NCBI RefSeq assembly: GCF_018977255.1
Contig: NW_024704756.1
Span: 16,678,001-16,742,000 of the forward strand
Direction of reading: 5' to 3'
DNA length: 64,000 nt
From: Callorhinchus milii
Taxonomy: Eukaryota
Shown one piece after another: positions 22,391-36,100 of the stretch. Made by a program: the position numbers and the translations under genes. The notes below the pieces were generated by a model. It had not been told where the DNA came from, did not search any database, and was given only the letters and a program-made list of their open reading frames with translations. How positions within the stretch are numbered: the stretch's first letter is position 1; each line of letters starts with the position of its first letter.

Positions 22391-23643
22391 AGAAGTTAGC
22401 AAAGGAGATTAAAGTGACCAGTGCAAGCAGGACATCAGCTGTCTTCAGAGTTTAGCAGCAGCTACAGATGACTGGACACCTGAGATTTAATCTGCTTGGT
22501 TCCCCATGTTCGGGATCCACTGAGACCACGTTTAGTTCAGACCCTGCAAGAATCAGCTACAACTTTCTAAGTGAAAGGTAAAAATAAATGGAATTATATT
22601 TAAATTATTATATGTGCCACAAACAGACAGCGAACCCTGAATTGTGATCTGTTTGTGACAGAAAAGTTTATTTCCAAAGATCTTATTAGTTTCTGCCTCT
22701 GCCCCCCACCCTTTGGAACACCATCCCACAGTCCCTCCACCTCGGCCCCCCACCCCCCTTGCCTCCTTCAAGACCATCCTCTTCGACCGCACCTTTGGTC
22801 ACCCTCATACCCCTATCCTGTAAACATACGGTCAATTCACTTTACAGCATATGCTGTGAAGCGCTTTGAGACTTCTAGATGTGAAAAGCACTACATCTAA
22901 TGCAAGGAATTATTATTATTATAATATTATTATCCTCTCTACCCCCCACCCCTCTTGATCCCAACCCCCAGCATGGGTCCAAATCCTTGACTGTCCAGCG
23001 CCTTGGGATGTCCTCCTGATGTCACAAGCGCTGTGTAATTTGTTGTTATTTAATCTCTTACCAAGCAGGAGGTTTGCTATGCCCCATATCTATTGGACTG
23101 AGCAGATTGCTACAAGAACTTGCTTTTATATTAGAGCCACTCACGGAGCATAAGCATCTCAAAGTACTTTGTAAAGTAAAATTGTTAGAAACTGAGATGT
23201 GGGGGAGGTAAACACGACACAATCTGTACCAACGAGGTCCCAGAAATAAGTTCACTCTTCAAATTGTAAGGTTTTCTTTTGTTTCATGGTTAACAATTAG
23301 ACAAGTCACAACTTCTCACCATGGAGAGATGTTTCAGAGGGGACCATATCGAGACGTGCGTAAAATTTTAAATGGGATTGAAAATCTAAACCCCCAACGG
23401 GGCTTCAGGATGGACCAAGACGGCAGAACGAGAGGAACGAGAGATTTAGAGTTTCAAAGGAGGCAATTTCAGGACCGACGCGGGAGGTTTTCGGTATCCC
23501 CCGGAAGGCCAAGACATTGGGCTCTTTTAAAAAACCGCCTGATGCTGTGATGGAAGGTTTCGCTGTTCCTGATGGATGAGATCAAATGGGCCAAAGGGCT
23601 TCTTCATCCGAACTCACCTTGTGAGGTGAGGTTTGAGTTCAAC

Positions 23644-24070
23644 CTCTCTCTCTCTCTCTCTCTCCCCCCCTGCCCCTCCCCCTCTCTCCCCCTGCCCCAC
23701 TTTCTCCCCCGCCCCCTCTCCCTCTCTCCCCCTGCCCCACCTTCTCCCCTTGCCCCTCACCCCCCCTGACCCTCTCTCCCCCTGCCCCACCTTCTCCCCC
23801 TGCCCCGCCCCCTCTCCCTCTCTCCCCCTGCCCCACCTTCTCCCCTTGCCCCTCACCCCCCCCTGACCCTCTCTCCCCTGCCCCACCTTCTCCCCTGCCC
23901 CTCACCCCCCCTGACCCTCTCCCCCCCCCCCTCTCCCCCCCCGACCCTCTCCCCCCTGACCCTCTCTCACCCCTCTCCCCCCCTCACCCTCTCCCCTCAC
24001 CCTCTCCCCTCACCCTCTCCCCCTGACCCTCTCCCCCCCTCACCCTCTCCCCTGACCCTCTCTCCCCTCC
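23644..24070. repeat. C-rich polypyrimidine minisatellite (ccctctctcccctgccccaccttctcccc..; copy at about 38309-38720)
   Basis: Tandem imperfect units seen directly. Confidence 0.9.
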
Positions 24071-24104
24071 TGTCAGTCACACTCCCCCTCTTTCTCGCTC
24101 TGTC

Positions 24105-24250
24105 CCTTTAAACGCGAAGATGGTAACAGAGCGGAGGGGGCGGGGCCTGTGCCGGTGTCTGTGATTGGCGGAGAAGCGGCAGGAAACGGATACAATAATG
24201 TTACCACTTTGATCGACAGACGACCGGAGTCTGAGGCCCAACAGCTGTGA
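24105..24250 (+). promoter_or_regulatory. CNPY3 CpG-type promoter
   Basis: AAGATGG (YY1-like), GGGGCGGGG GC box near 24137, inverted CCAAT (gattggc) near 24162, and ETS cores (caggaa). Confidence 0.5.
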
Positions 24251-24254
24251 TAGG

Positions 24255-24850
24255 GCCCGAGCCCCCCCCCCCCCCGAGCCCCCCACAGCCTGAGCCCCCC
24301 CACCCCGAGCCCCCCCTACAGCCTGAGCCCCCCCCCCGAGCCCCCACAGCCTGAGCCCCCCCACCCCACAGCCTGAGCCCCCCCCCCCCGAGCCCCCCAC
24401 AGCCTGAGCCCCCCCTACAGCCTGACCCCCCCCACCCCACAGCCTGAGCCCCCCCCCGAGCCCCCCCACAGCCTGAGACCCCCCCCGAGCCCCCCCTATA
24501 GCCTGACCCCCCCACGAGCCCCCCCACAGCCTGAGCCCCCCCCCCGAGCCCCCCCACAGCCTGAGCCCCCCCCCCCGAGCCCCCCCTACAGCCTGACCCC
24601 CCCCCGAGCCCCCCCACAGCCTGAGCCCCCCCCCCCGAGCCCCCCCACAGCCTGAGCCCCCCCCCCCCCCCCGAGCCCCCCTACAGCCTGACCCCCCCCC
24701 CCCACAGCCTGACCCCCCCCCCCACAGGCTGACCCCCCCCCACCCTACAGCTTGACCCCCCACAGCCTGACCCCCCCACAGCCTGACCCCCCCCACCCTA
24801 CAGCCTGACCCCCCCCCCCCCCACAACAACCCCACAGCCTGACCCCCAGC
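24255..24850. repeat. Minisatellite of cagcctgagc(c)n-gagc(c)n-a units ending at the CNPY3 ATG (copy at 38905-39478)
   Basis: Many tandem units with variable C runs, seen directly. Confidence 0.92.
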
Positions 24851-24851
24851 C

Positions 24852-27800
24852 ATGCTGACCTCTCCAGAGCTGCTCACAGCCCTCCTCCTGCTGTCCAGCG
24901 CGGTCTGGGCCGCCGATGACTCCGAGTGGGTGAAACTGCCTGATAAGTGCGAAGGTGGGTGTGTGGGTTTTTTTTGGTGGTGGGGGGGGGGCTGTGTGTC
25001 TGTGTATTTCGTTGTTTTTTTTTAAAAAAAGAAAAAAGCGCCCGACTGGACATCATCAGCCACCTGGGGAGGCTGACCTCACCTACAGAGGGAGTGGGGG
25101 GTGGGGGGGGGGGGGCTCTGCCACGGTCTGGAGACGATGATCACAATGTTGTTTGTCCTTTCAGGCAGACCAGTTCGGTCATGTTGCTGTTCATGATGAT
25201 GGTGATGATGATGATGATAATAATAATCCTCGCATTTGATACAGCGCCTTTTATCGTGTCTCCGAGACGTCTCAAAGCGCTTCCCAGGATACGCTGTAAA
25301 TTGGCTCAATGTTTTGTGGGCGAAACGCGGCAGCACACAGTGTGGGAGAGAACTGGCCCTTAGCTATTAAAGGATTCTTCGGATTGCTTTTAAAATAATC
25401 ACAGTGGGGGGAGGGAGAGGGGGAGGTGGGGTGGGGTGGGGGTAGGGGGGGGGGTTCTGAGTTTGTTACCTGTACCAACACTATTGGGTTCTTTCTACTT
25501 GTTTTGTGAGCTTTGGGACGCCGTGGGCCTGAGGTCGGGATACTGCCGGGCAGACCAGACCGCCGGCTCCCAGCGACTGTGGTTGTCGGTGTTCAAACCA
25601 ATTCCTGAATCCTTCTGATTTTTCTTCTCAATAAATGGCGGAATCCAATGGTTATAAAGTATTACCCACTGAGTGACTGAACAGAAGAAGTATTCCAAAG
25701 GGGTTGGGACCACTCGGCGGGTCAGGCAGCGTCTATGGAGAGAGGAAAGTGAGTCAACGTTTCGGGTCCACGACCCTTCGTCAGAACCCGAAACGTTGAC
25801 TCACTTTCCTCTCTCCGTAGGTGCTGCCTGACCTGCCGAGTGTTTCCCAGCGACTTCTGTTCTTGTTTCAGATTTCCAGCGTCTTCAGTATTTTGCATTT
25901 AGGAGTATTATTCCTGTGGGAGTGCAAAGTTTTACCGGTTCGTCACAGCTCACTCATGTCTCACACGACTGCACACGAGTGCCTCGTGACTTGTGTCCTT
26001 CCTCAGTAGGAATTTACGATGAGATGAGTTTTGGCAAAAGGAACTTCATTTTACTTTTAAATTTACTGGGGCGGGGGGGTGGGGGGGGGGAGGAGGAGTT
26101 GAGTAAATATTGGGGCATTTGTTTCTATTTGATTGCACGGGATTATGTTGGGATTATGGTGCTGTGTTTTGAGAATTAAAGGGGTTTCTTGCATTGAGGT
26201 TAGATCAGGAATATAATGGGATGAACATTCTGCCAATATCTTTCTGTGTTTGGGCCAAAACGTGAAGCGATCCTGAGATGCTGATCACACCCGGAGAGAG
26301 GGTGAGGGAGTGACTGCGAATTGGTGGGAGGGCGAGCGTTCAAACTGCCCAGGCCAGGCAGCAGAGGCAAGAGCTTGTTAAACACTGTAAATAACCTGCT
26401 CTGTTTCCTGCTGTCTCGCTATAAGCGGAGGCTGGACGCAGGGGATAGACTGTTCCAGAGTTTCAAGGAGCTCACAAACCCGCAAAAACCTCAGACTGTG
26501 TTATTTCTGCTCCGGGTCCATGTCCCACAGCAATGTTCACCTCTTGATTCGTTCCCCCATCAGTGTCCGCCTCTGTGTTTGTTCCCCCAGTGTGCAAATT
26601 CCTCTCCGTGGAACTGAAATCGGCCTTCGAGGAGACGGGGAAAACCAATGAGGTGATTGACACCAAATATGGCTTTCTGGAAGGAAAAGGGTCGAAAATA
26701 AAATACAGGCACTCGTAAGCATATCATTGCATGTCTGCGGTTTCATTTTATTACAGCGTTACATTATTTAAGTTTTTTTTTCCAGTTATTCCTCTTGCAA
26801 TTGCCAGTTATGCTCTGGATCCATTTGTGAGTATGGTTTGATATTGCATTCCCTTCCATGGGAGTGGTGTTAGCTTATAACTAGCATTGCCCGAGCCACC
26901 AGGGCTTTGGCTTTGTAGAGATGAGAATGTGTTTATACTGTACCGCCAAGTCCCATTGATGAGACAGTGAGCTGGCCACATATCCTGACTGTATTTGTTG
27001 ACTGTGGACCTTTCTGTGTTGTTCAGCCCCATGTGGTTACTCCTTTTATTAACCCCCCCCCCGACATAAATGAAGTGACTAAGCCACCCTGAGAAGCGAA
27101 GCAGGAATGGTCTCTGCTGTGCAAAAGTTCATTCCTTTTTCTCTCTCTTCAAAGAGATATTCGGCTGATTGAAGTGACCGAAAACATTTGCAACCGCCTG
27201 CTGCAGTACAACCTTCACAAGGAGAGGAGTGGGAGCAATCGCTTTGCTAAGGTGAGGTGAGGGGTGTTGGTTGAGCTGCTTTTACAGTAAGGGGCAATTC
27301 CTTGATGATGAAGGGCATGTGAGGTAAGGAGGGAGGATGTGGTATTTGAAAATGGGGTCATTTCATTCCTGTTACTTCCTGTGAAAGTATCTCCCTCCTC
27401 CACCCCTCACCCCCTCCAGCGAACAACAATAATAATAATCCTTGCATTTTGATATAGCTCCTTATCACATCGTTCAGACGGCTCAAAGCACTTCAGAATA
27501 TATTGTAAAGTAAATTGACTGTGTACTTTGTGGGAGAAACGTGGCAACCAATTGCGCACAGCAGTGTCCCACAAACAGTCGTGGATTGAGTGACCAAATT
27601 ATTATTATTACTTTTTTGGATGCATTATTACCCCCGGAAAGTGATCTGCCAATCAACTAACAACCAGGTTCTTACTTACCGCTAGGTAAACAGAGTTGCT
27701 TCCTGTCTGGGAATCGAACTCGAGGCCTCTCCCTCGTGAGGCAAGTGCACTAACCACTACACTACAGGAATCTGTGATGGGCATAGACAATGTTCTGGCG

Positions 27801-29459
27801 TAGTCACTGACATCGTATCGTTTCTGTTTGCAAACCAGGGGATGAGCGAGACCTTTCAGACCCTCCATGGCCTCGTTCATAAAGGTGTTAAAGTGGTGAT
27901 GGATATCCCCTACGAGCTGTGGAATGAGACGTCTGCTGAGGTGTCGGACATGAAGAAACAGGTACTTGAAGATCGGTTGTCACAGTCCCGGCCCTAGACT
28001 GAACGTAGGATCAGAGAATGTTACAGCACAGGAGGCCCCAATGTAGGGTGTTTTCTTCCATTATTAGTATTGTTTCAGGAACATACAAGGGCAAAAAAGA
28101 TCATCGCGGTCCATCTCAAGTAAATAAGTGGTGTTACCCCTCTATCTGTCACACCCTTCAATTGATTCCTTCATCAAATAACTTGCTATTTCCCTTTCAA
28201 AGTTTGCTGGCAGGATCTGCCTCCCTGGCTTGTCAATTCCACACATTCACCTCTCTCACTCTCTCTCTCTCTCTGTCAAGCAGTTAAATCTGCCTATTCA
28301 CTGTTGTTCTTCTTGGGCTTGGGTCCTAGTCTCCTTTAGGAACATAGGAATAGGAGTAGGCCATTCAGCCCCTCAAGCCTGCCACAGTTTTGAGTTCAGG
28401 AGAGTTGGAACAGAGTCGGGCTGATGCGAGTCAGTAAGGGATAGATATTTGGTTCTTCTAACTTTTTAGGATCAGGTGGCAGATGACTGGTCAATCTCCT
28501 TTGAGAGGGAAGGGAGTGGAGGCTATCTCACCCTATTGTGTCCTATCTTTTGCTCCTCAGTGTGATGTGATGCTGGAGGAGTTTGAAGATGTCATTGAAG
28601 ATTGGTACAAAAACCATCAGGAAGATGATCTCACCCACTTCCTGTGTGAACAGCATGTGCTGAAGTCTCACGAGAAGGGTATGGAACCCAGAGCTAATGG
28701 GGCTTGTGTTCATTTAATATGTAAAGTGGAGGAAAAATCAGTTTAACTATCCCAAAGGTTTACTGTCTGGGATCTGCTGGGCCAAATATAGGAATGGGAG
28801 GAGGCCGTTCAGCCCATCCAGCCTGCTCCACCAGTGTACATAATTGATCTGTCTGTTCTCTGGTGGACGTTAAAGCATCTCATGAGGCTATCGCAAAAGA
28901 GAAGGGAGCTTCTCCCAGTGTCCTGGCCAACAATCCTCCAGATGAATCGAGCATTCACCTTGTTGGTGGGCGTTGGTGCACTTTGCAGCCCAAATGGTTG
29001 CCATGGTTGCTTACAATAAGTCACTATGCTTTACTGTAATTACTTGTGAAGAGTTTAGAGACGTTTCAAAAGTGAAAAGGAGGTATGAAAATGTCTTGAA
29101 GGTCTGTCCAGGAATTGTGTGTTTCAGTGCAATTTATGGCATCGTATTGGAACTGTAGCGCAGTTTAACCACTTACAAATGGGAATGTTGAATGTGTTTC
29201 AGAATGTTTGAAAGAAGTGTGGACAGCCCAGAAAGGCGACTTGGAAGCGATTGACGAGAAAAAGAAAAAGAAGAAAAAGAAGACGAATGATGGGAAAAAG
29301 AAGAAGGAAGGGATCAAAAAGAAAGGGAAGAAAATGAAGGAGGTAAAGAAGCGAGAGGAAGGGGAGGACAGTGACCAGGAGCAGGGGCACAACAGCTCAT
29401 CTGATGAGGAAAACATTCAACAGGAAACTCCACTGTTTCACAAACCTGATGAGCTGTGA
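24852..29459 (+). CDS. CNPY3: Protein canopy homolog 3 (PRAT4A, gp96 co-chaperone for TLRs), 6 exons
   Basis: Exons: 24852-24954, 26591-26714, 27155-27251, 27839-27961, 28561-28678, 29203-29459. Signal peptide, then [85 protein letters not shown], a Lys-rich tail and ER-retention PDEL*. AATAAA at 29792. Confidence 0.95.
25711..25842. repeat. 57-bp-arm inverted repeat (Penelope-terminus-like) with a hammerhead ribozyme core on the minus strand; copy at 40336-40467
   Basis: Arms are 25711-25767 and 25786-25842 with an 18-nt loop. The minus strand reads CTGACGA-agggtc-gtg-gaccc-GAAA-CGTT. Confidence 0.75.
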
Positions 29460-30122
29460 GGAGTTGCGGAGATAGACTTGGGGTTGGAGCAGAAGCATTG
29501 CTGGTAACTTGTATCATGAGATTATCTATTTTGTGGGTGGAGGTGTCTTGTACGTGGTTCCCCACAGTGCTTATTCTTTCCATTCCCCCTGTGTTCATAC
29601 TACAGTATGGATGGTCAAAAAGCACCAACCCACTGTCGTCATCTTAAACCGAAGTGAGCGAGACTGTGCACACTTAACTCCCCAGGAAAGACATGGCGGG
29701 GGTGGGAGGGGAGCGCGGAGGGTAGAACATCCCTGGGCCAGCAACTCATTGAGTTAGTAATGGACAATGAATTCTAATACTTTTATAAGTGAATAAAGAG
29801 TGGATGTGAAAGTAGGTTTGGTGTTTTTCTGTGGGTGTTGGGTAAAAATATAAACAGGCCTCTTGAGAACATAATTGTGAGGACATTGGGTCTGTACCTG
29901 TGAATCCATCTCACCCCTGTTTGTAATTCACCCCTCGCAGCTAATTTTCTTCCTACTCTGATATCTAAACCAAAATGCTTTTAAAAAATATAGACACAGA
30001 GATGTGTTGCAGGTAATAGTTGAAGAGGGGGTGGGGGGGCGCTGGTGAGACTGATGATCCAGTCCTCTCAGACCAGGCGTGTTATTTGCGGTCCGTACAC
30101 ACGTGTGTTCGTCGTGTTGCAG

Positions 30123-33100
30123 ATTGGCGCTGGGAGAAAGGCAAATGGCAGCCAGAGGATTACCACCGGATCCTGCAGTGTTTCCTGGACAGGAAGGACA
30201 GCTGCTACTCCATTCATCAGATGGGTAAGGGCGGCGCGGGGCACGGGGGGGCCATGCGGATGCTTAGCGATGAGATTCATTTCCATAAGGCAGTGATTGC
30301 TCCCGGGCCCCCTCGTGCTCTCTGACCTGATGAGAGGGAATTTGTGGCAAACACCAGAGACAGTTTGTTCAATGTTGGAGCCAGGTGCTCGTGAGTTGTG
30401 TGACCTCCACAGGAGGCGCACTTTATGTCACAAGCCAGAGTTTAATGCTGCTGTTTTTCTGACGAGTTCTTTGTCAGGGAATTGAGGAAATAACTGCAAA
30501 GTAGGATTAATAAAAATGGCAACATTTATTAAAAAAAGGTGGCAGCGACACAGACTCAATGGGCTAAATGACCTCCTCTGCTGAAAATTGCTAGTTTCTA
30601 ACCCTCCAGTCTGTAAGTGCCTTTGCTCAGTCTGATCAGCGCATCACTCGATGGATTCAGTCCACAAGACGTGTATTTTTCTGAGATTGTCAGTTTTGGG
30701 TGTGAGTCATGAAACCTGCAGTTTATTAAGTATTCTGTTCTCCCGAGTACTTCATGAAATAATTTTTATTCACAACTCAGTGTTAATGTGAACCTAAAGA
30801 GAGATCCGGTTCTAAATGTGTTCTTTCTGCTTTTCCTAACAGCTCAGATGGGAGTGGGAGAGGGTAAATCTGTAGGCGAATGGTACGGACCTAACACTGT
30901 GGCCCAAGTATTGAAGTAAGTGAACAATTTAAGTTTCAGAGCAACGTCCCATCAAACTGTTATAGAGTTTAAGGGAATCTTTAACATCTGTATGTTTATT
31001 TTGGTTAATGCTTTTCAAAATTTGTTTGAATTTAAATGGTTCTCGTAGACTCACAGGATCATAGAGGTCTGGAGATGAAGGTGTGTATTTGGTGTATCAC
31101 ATCCCATCCTTATGGTATATCCACTCCACCATCCCTCCCGTAACAGTATCGAGCCGTTTCTGAAATGTCTGCCAGTGATCTGGCCTCATCCATCCATCCT
31201 GGTAACCTTGTTCCAGTTGTTAATTACCATTAAACTTTATATAAGCGCTCTGGGACTCTACCCCACATGAAGGGTGCTATATAGATGCAAGTTATTGTTG
31301 TATAAAGAAATACTTTCTGGTGTCTAATTATTATTAAACACATGAATATTAAACCCTTGTATTAAGTTCCTCTTCACCTTGTCTGTGTGACCAAGCCCTC
31401 GTGATAAATCTGCCTCATGGCATTCCGTATGTAATTGTAAACACTGCTGACACAGTATCATGGACACATGGCTTCTGGTGTTTATTATGTTGCATAAAGA
31501 TTATGCTGATCATAAAGTTACCAATGATTTCTGCCTTTAGTCTGTTAGTATGCAAGCTGTTAGATTTTGTTTTACTGTTCTCCTTAGAGGAGGAGGTAAG
31601 TGGGATCTCCTCAGCCTCTTGTTTTTACTGTTGTAAGAAGTTTGCTAGACTATAATAATGTGTAATAATCTAGTATTTGATATAGCACTTTATCACGTCT
31701 TCGAGACATCTCGAAAACTTTCACAGAATATACTGTAAAGTGTAGTGACTGTATATTTTGTGGGCGAAACGGGAAGCCAGTTGAGCACAGCAGTGTCCCA
31801 CAAACAGTCATGGATTGAGTGACCAAATTATTATTATTTTCTTGAAGGGATTATTACCCCCGGAAAAATGATCCGCCAATCGACTAACAACCAAGTTCCT
31901 ACTTACTGCTAGGTAAACAGGCTTGCGGAATAAGGAAACTTGGCCAATGTTTCGCCCTGTCTGGGAATCAAACTTGGGTCCTCTCCCTTGTGACTAAATT
32001 ACAGACTAATCTCTCACTTTGTTTCTCTGTAGGAAGCTCACCTTATTCGATGAGTGGAACACTCTGGCGGTTTACATCTCTATGGATAATACTGTAGTTG
32101 TTGAAGATATCAGTGAGTCTGTGTCTTTATTACTAAAAATACGTAATGGAAAATGAGGGGAATGTGTTGAATCAAAGAAATCGAGGCCTGAAAATCCACC
32201 TGACCTTAGTTTTAACACCACTGTCTTAAAGTTTTTGATTCAAAAAAAAATTCAGTCTCTATTCAGAAGCAGTTCTTAAAAAGAAACGTCTTCCAAAATT
32301 TCCACAAATTCATATCAGGGTCACATCTTAGTTCAGGAGAGAGTTAGTGTGGATAATGTGAATAATGAACTGGGTATTCTTGCAGGAATTAACTGATAAC
32401 TATTTATTGCTTTTGTGGATTCTGATCCACAGGTCCCTCCCTGCATTCTGTGTAAAGGCATTAGGGTGGGTCGATGAGTGGCACAGTCTCCTCTAAGTCA
32501 CAAGGCTTTGAGCTCGTTGTCTCGGCTGACATTCTAGTGCAGTGTTGGTGGAGCTTTGCACTAATAATCCTTACATTTCCTTTTTTTTGATATAATGCCT
32601 TATCATGTCTTCAAGACTTCTTAAAGCGCTTCACAGAATATACTGTAAAGTGAATTGACTGTATACTTTGGATACAGTGGAGTCCTGTAGCTCAGTTGTG
32701 GAGTCCTGTAGCTCAGTGGTTAGAGCACTCGCTTTGCAAGTGAGAGACCTGAGTTCAATCCCAGGCAGAGGGCGAAACCTTGGGCAAGTTTCCTTACTCC
32801 ACACAGAGCCTAATAATCCCTCCAAAACCAAAAACAATAATAAATTGGTCATTTTCAATCTACGACTGTTTGTGGGACATTGCTGTGCGCAATTGGCTGC
32901 CGCGTTCGCCCACAAATATACAGTCAATTCACTTTACAGTGTGTTCTGTGAAGCGCTTTGGGACGTCCTCCCGACGTGAAAAGCGCTATATCAAAGGCAA
33001 GGATTATTATTATTATTATTTTGCGGGCAAAACGCGGCAACCAATTGCGCACAGCAGCGTCCCACAAACAGTCGTGGATTGAGTGATTAGATTTATTTAT

Positions 33101-36100
33101 TTATTTTTGAGGGATTATTACCCCTGGAAAGCGATCCGCCAACTACCGGGTTCCTACTTACTGCTAAGTAAATAGAGGTGAGTGGAGTAAGGAAACTTGC
33201 CTCAGGTTTTGTCCCATCCGGGAATCAAACACAGGTCCTCTCGCTTGCGAGGTGAGTGCTTTAACTACTGAGTTACAGGGGTCTATTTGGCTCATCTCAT
33301 TGTTTCCTCCCTCACCCACCCTCACGCGAGGATAGGATCGTGTTTCAGTATGAGGGCAAACAACCTCACTGACACTCACTCTCCATCCAGGCTTCCACAT
33401 GAAGAACGGCCACTTGGACGCGCATGAGACATCATGCTTAGAACCAACCACAGTTGTCAGCTTGAAGAGGAGGACGGGAATAAGAGAGAGAGAGACAAGA
33501 GGCCATTAAACCCCTCTTTGCTGGGTTGCATTTGAGCCACACTCACCAGTAGTGCATGGTGTAGTTCGGTTCCCCATCACTGTGACTCCAGGTGCACTCC
33601 ATGAAATCGCTGTTGTAGCAAATGCACTTCACAGCTGCAGAGACAACACAGAGAGCTTACACACTGCCACCTGCCAGCACGCCCGCCTTCCCGCCAGGGC
33701 AAGAGAGTACAAGAGAGGTTCAAACCAAGAAGATCCCATTCTTCTTCCATATTTGCGGTATTTCATAAAGGAATTCCTAATAGGATTTCTTTTTCCAAAG
33801 AATATTGGAAATTACTAGATTAGCCATGTCAGTTAGGCCGCAAAATACAAAGTCACTACATTTTACAGTACATTCTGTGGGTGCTTTGAGACGTCTTGAA
33901 GACGTGATAATAATAATAACAGTAATCCTTGCATTTGATATAGCACTTTTCAACATCTTCTCAACGTCTCAAAGCTCTTCACAGAATATACTGTAAAGTG
34001 AATTGACTGTATATTTGTGGGCGAACAGCGGCAGCCAATTGCGCACAGCAATGTCCCACAAACAGTCGTGGATTGAAAATGACCAATTTATTATTGTTCT
34101 GTTTTGGAGGGATTATTATTAGGCTCTGTGTGGAGTAAGGAAACTTGCCCAAGGTTTCGCCCTCTGCCTGGAATTGAACCCGGGTGTCTCGCTTGCAAAG
34201 CGAGTGCTCTAACCACTGAGCTACAGGACTCCACTAAAGTGAATTGACTGTATATTTGTGTACAATTAAGGCACTGTATCAAATGCAAGGATTATTATTA
34301 TTAATATAAGACAGACAGACAAATTATTGCCTCAATCCAACTTTATGCTGATGCACTGAAACTAAAATCCTTTGCCCGAAGCTAAAATCTTTTCTTAGAA
34401 AAGAACTGGAAATCTGATGACTCGAATTGTTTCATTTCAAAGAAACTGATCTTGTGAGAGAAACTGTGAAGTGTAATGACTGTGAATTTGTAGGCAAATG
34501 CGGCAGTCAATTCATGCAGAGCAAAGCCCCTCAAACACCAATGACTGATTCTGATCTGGCCAGGACTCCAGGAGGAACTCTCTTTTTGAATAGTGTCCTG
34601 GGATCTTTAATATCCACCTGAACAGACAGATTGGGACTTGGTTTAAGGTCTCATCCAAAGGATGGCATCTTTGATGGCATCTCTGATGGCACGCAGCACT
34701 CTCCCACCACGACATTGGCATGTCTGCCTACACTGAACTGAAAGTGCCAACGTTAGGACCAGAACCCACAAGCTTCTAAGTCACAGGGAAGATATAGGCT
34801 GCACAAAAATATAACTGAATTGAAGAATTTTCCACAATACTTGATAAGGACTGCAGAGAAACACAGTTTCCAAATTAAACCGCCATTAAACTGCCGTGGC
34901 CAAACATAGGATCTTAGGGCACAGAAGGAGACCATTCGGCCTATCGTGCCTGTGTCAGCTCTTTGAAAGAGCTACCGGCCAGACAACAACAACAACAACA
35001 ACAAGATTCCATTTATAAAGCGCCTTTCACGTCAGGAGGACGTCCAGACCCACTTCCCCGCACTTTCCCCAGAGCCCTGGAAATTTTTCCACAATTACGT
35101 TGCAGTTAAATGTTCAATGTGGAAAAATGGAATAAAAAGAACTCGGATACAGATGAATAAAAATATCCTCTGAAATTGCTAAATGTGTCACAAAAAATTC
35201 CACTGTGGGTTTTGCGATCAGAGATTTCAATCAGGTGTTTGAGGTTTACTGGGGGTTGGTGAATGATGTCAGAAAATGAATATAGATCTGTTAATCAGTT
35301 TCATCTCAAAGAAACGGCCTGAATTCCTACCTGACCTCAGCTTGTGAGACATTTTGCCTTATAATAATAACAATAATAATCCTTGCATTTGATATAGCGC
35401 TGTTCACGTCTTCTAGACGTATCAAAGTGCTTCATAGAATAAATTGCCTTAAAGTAGCACGCAAGATCTTTTTGTTTTAAAATATAAGATTTTAATTTGG
35501 AAGATGGTTTTCTGATTCTTAAAAAGAATCAGTTTCCAAAATTAAGATTGAATTTAAAAATTTCCAGATTATCTGCACATTATTATTATTATTATTATTA
35601 TTATCGACATCATCATCATCTTTGATACTGGAACAACAACAATAACAAATGACATTTACACGGCGCCTTTCAAGTCGGGAGACGTCCCAAGACGCTGGAC
35701 AGTCAGAGATTTGGACTTGAGTTGGGGGTTGGGGTCAGGAAGGGTGGAGGGCAGGAAGAGTGTGGGTAGGAGGGTGACCGAATGTACGGTTGAAGAGGAG
35801 GATCTTGAGACGATGGAGCGGGCCATGTGGGGGACATGGAAGGGTGGTTGATGCCAAAATGCTGGATTGATTTGACAAATAGCCTACTGCTGCCTTGAGG
35901 AGATGGCAGGATGAGGTATTCAGGAAGGATTAGGTTAATTATTCGAATCGATTCAGCGTTTTTTTTTATCCGTTTTGCAATGTCCTTGGTTTGGGCTACA
36001 CGGAAAAAGATAAGATCTTAACTCAAGAAAATAATTCTAAATGATCTCTTTTCTGAGTTTCTAATCAGTCATTGTTTTTGTGGGTGGTGGTGGGGTGGGG

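Noticed and set aside
24255-24850. CRISPR-like repeat array
   Set aside because: No unique spacers and a vertebrate context; a simple minisatellite.
24077-24877. Gly-rich 266-aa ORF (and the 350-aa ORF at 38304-39356)
   Set aside because: These are translations of the C-rich minisatellite antisense to CNPY3, and the frames differ between the two copies.
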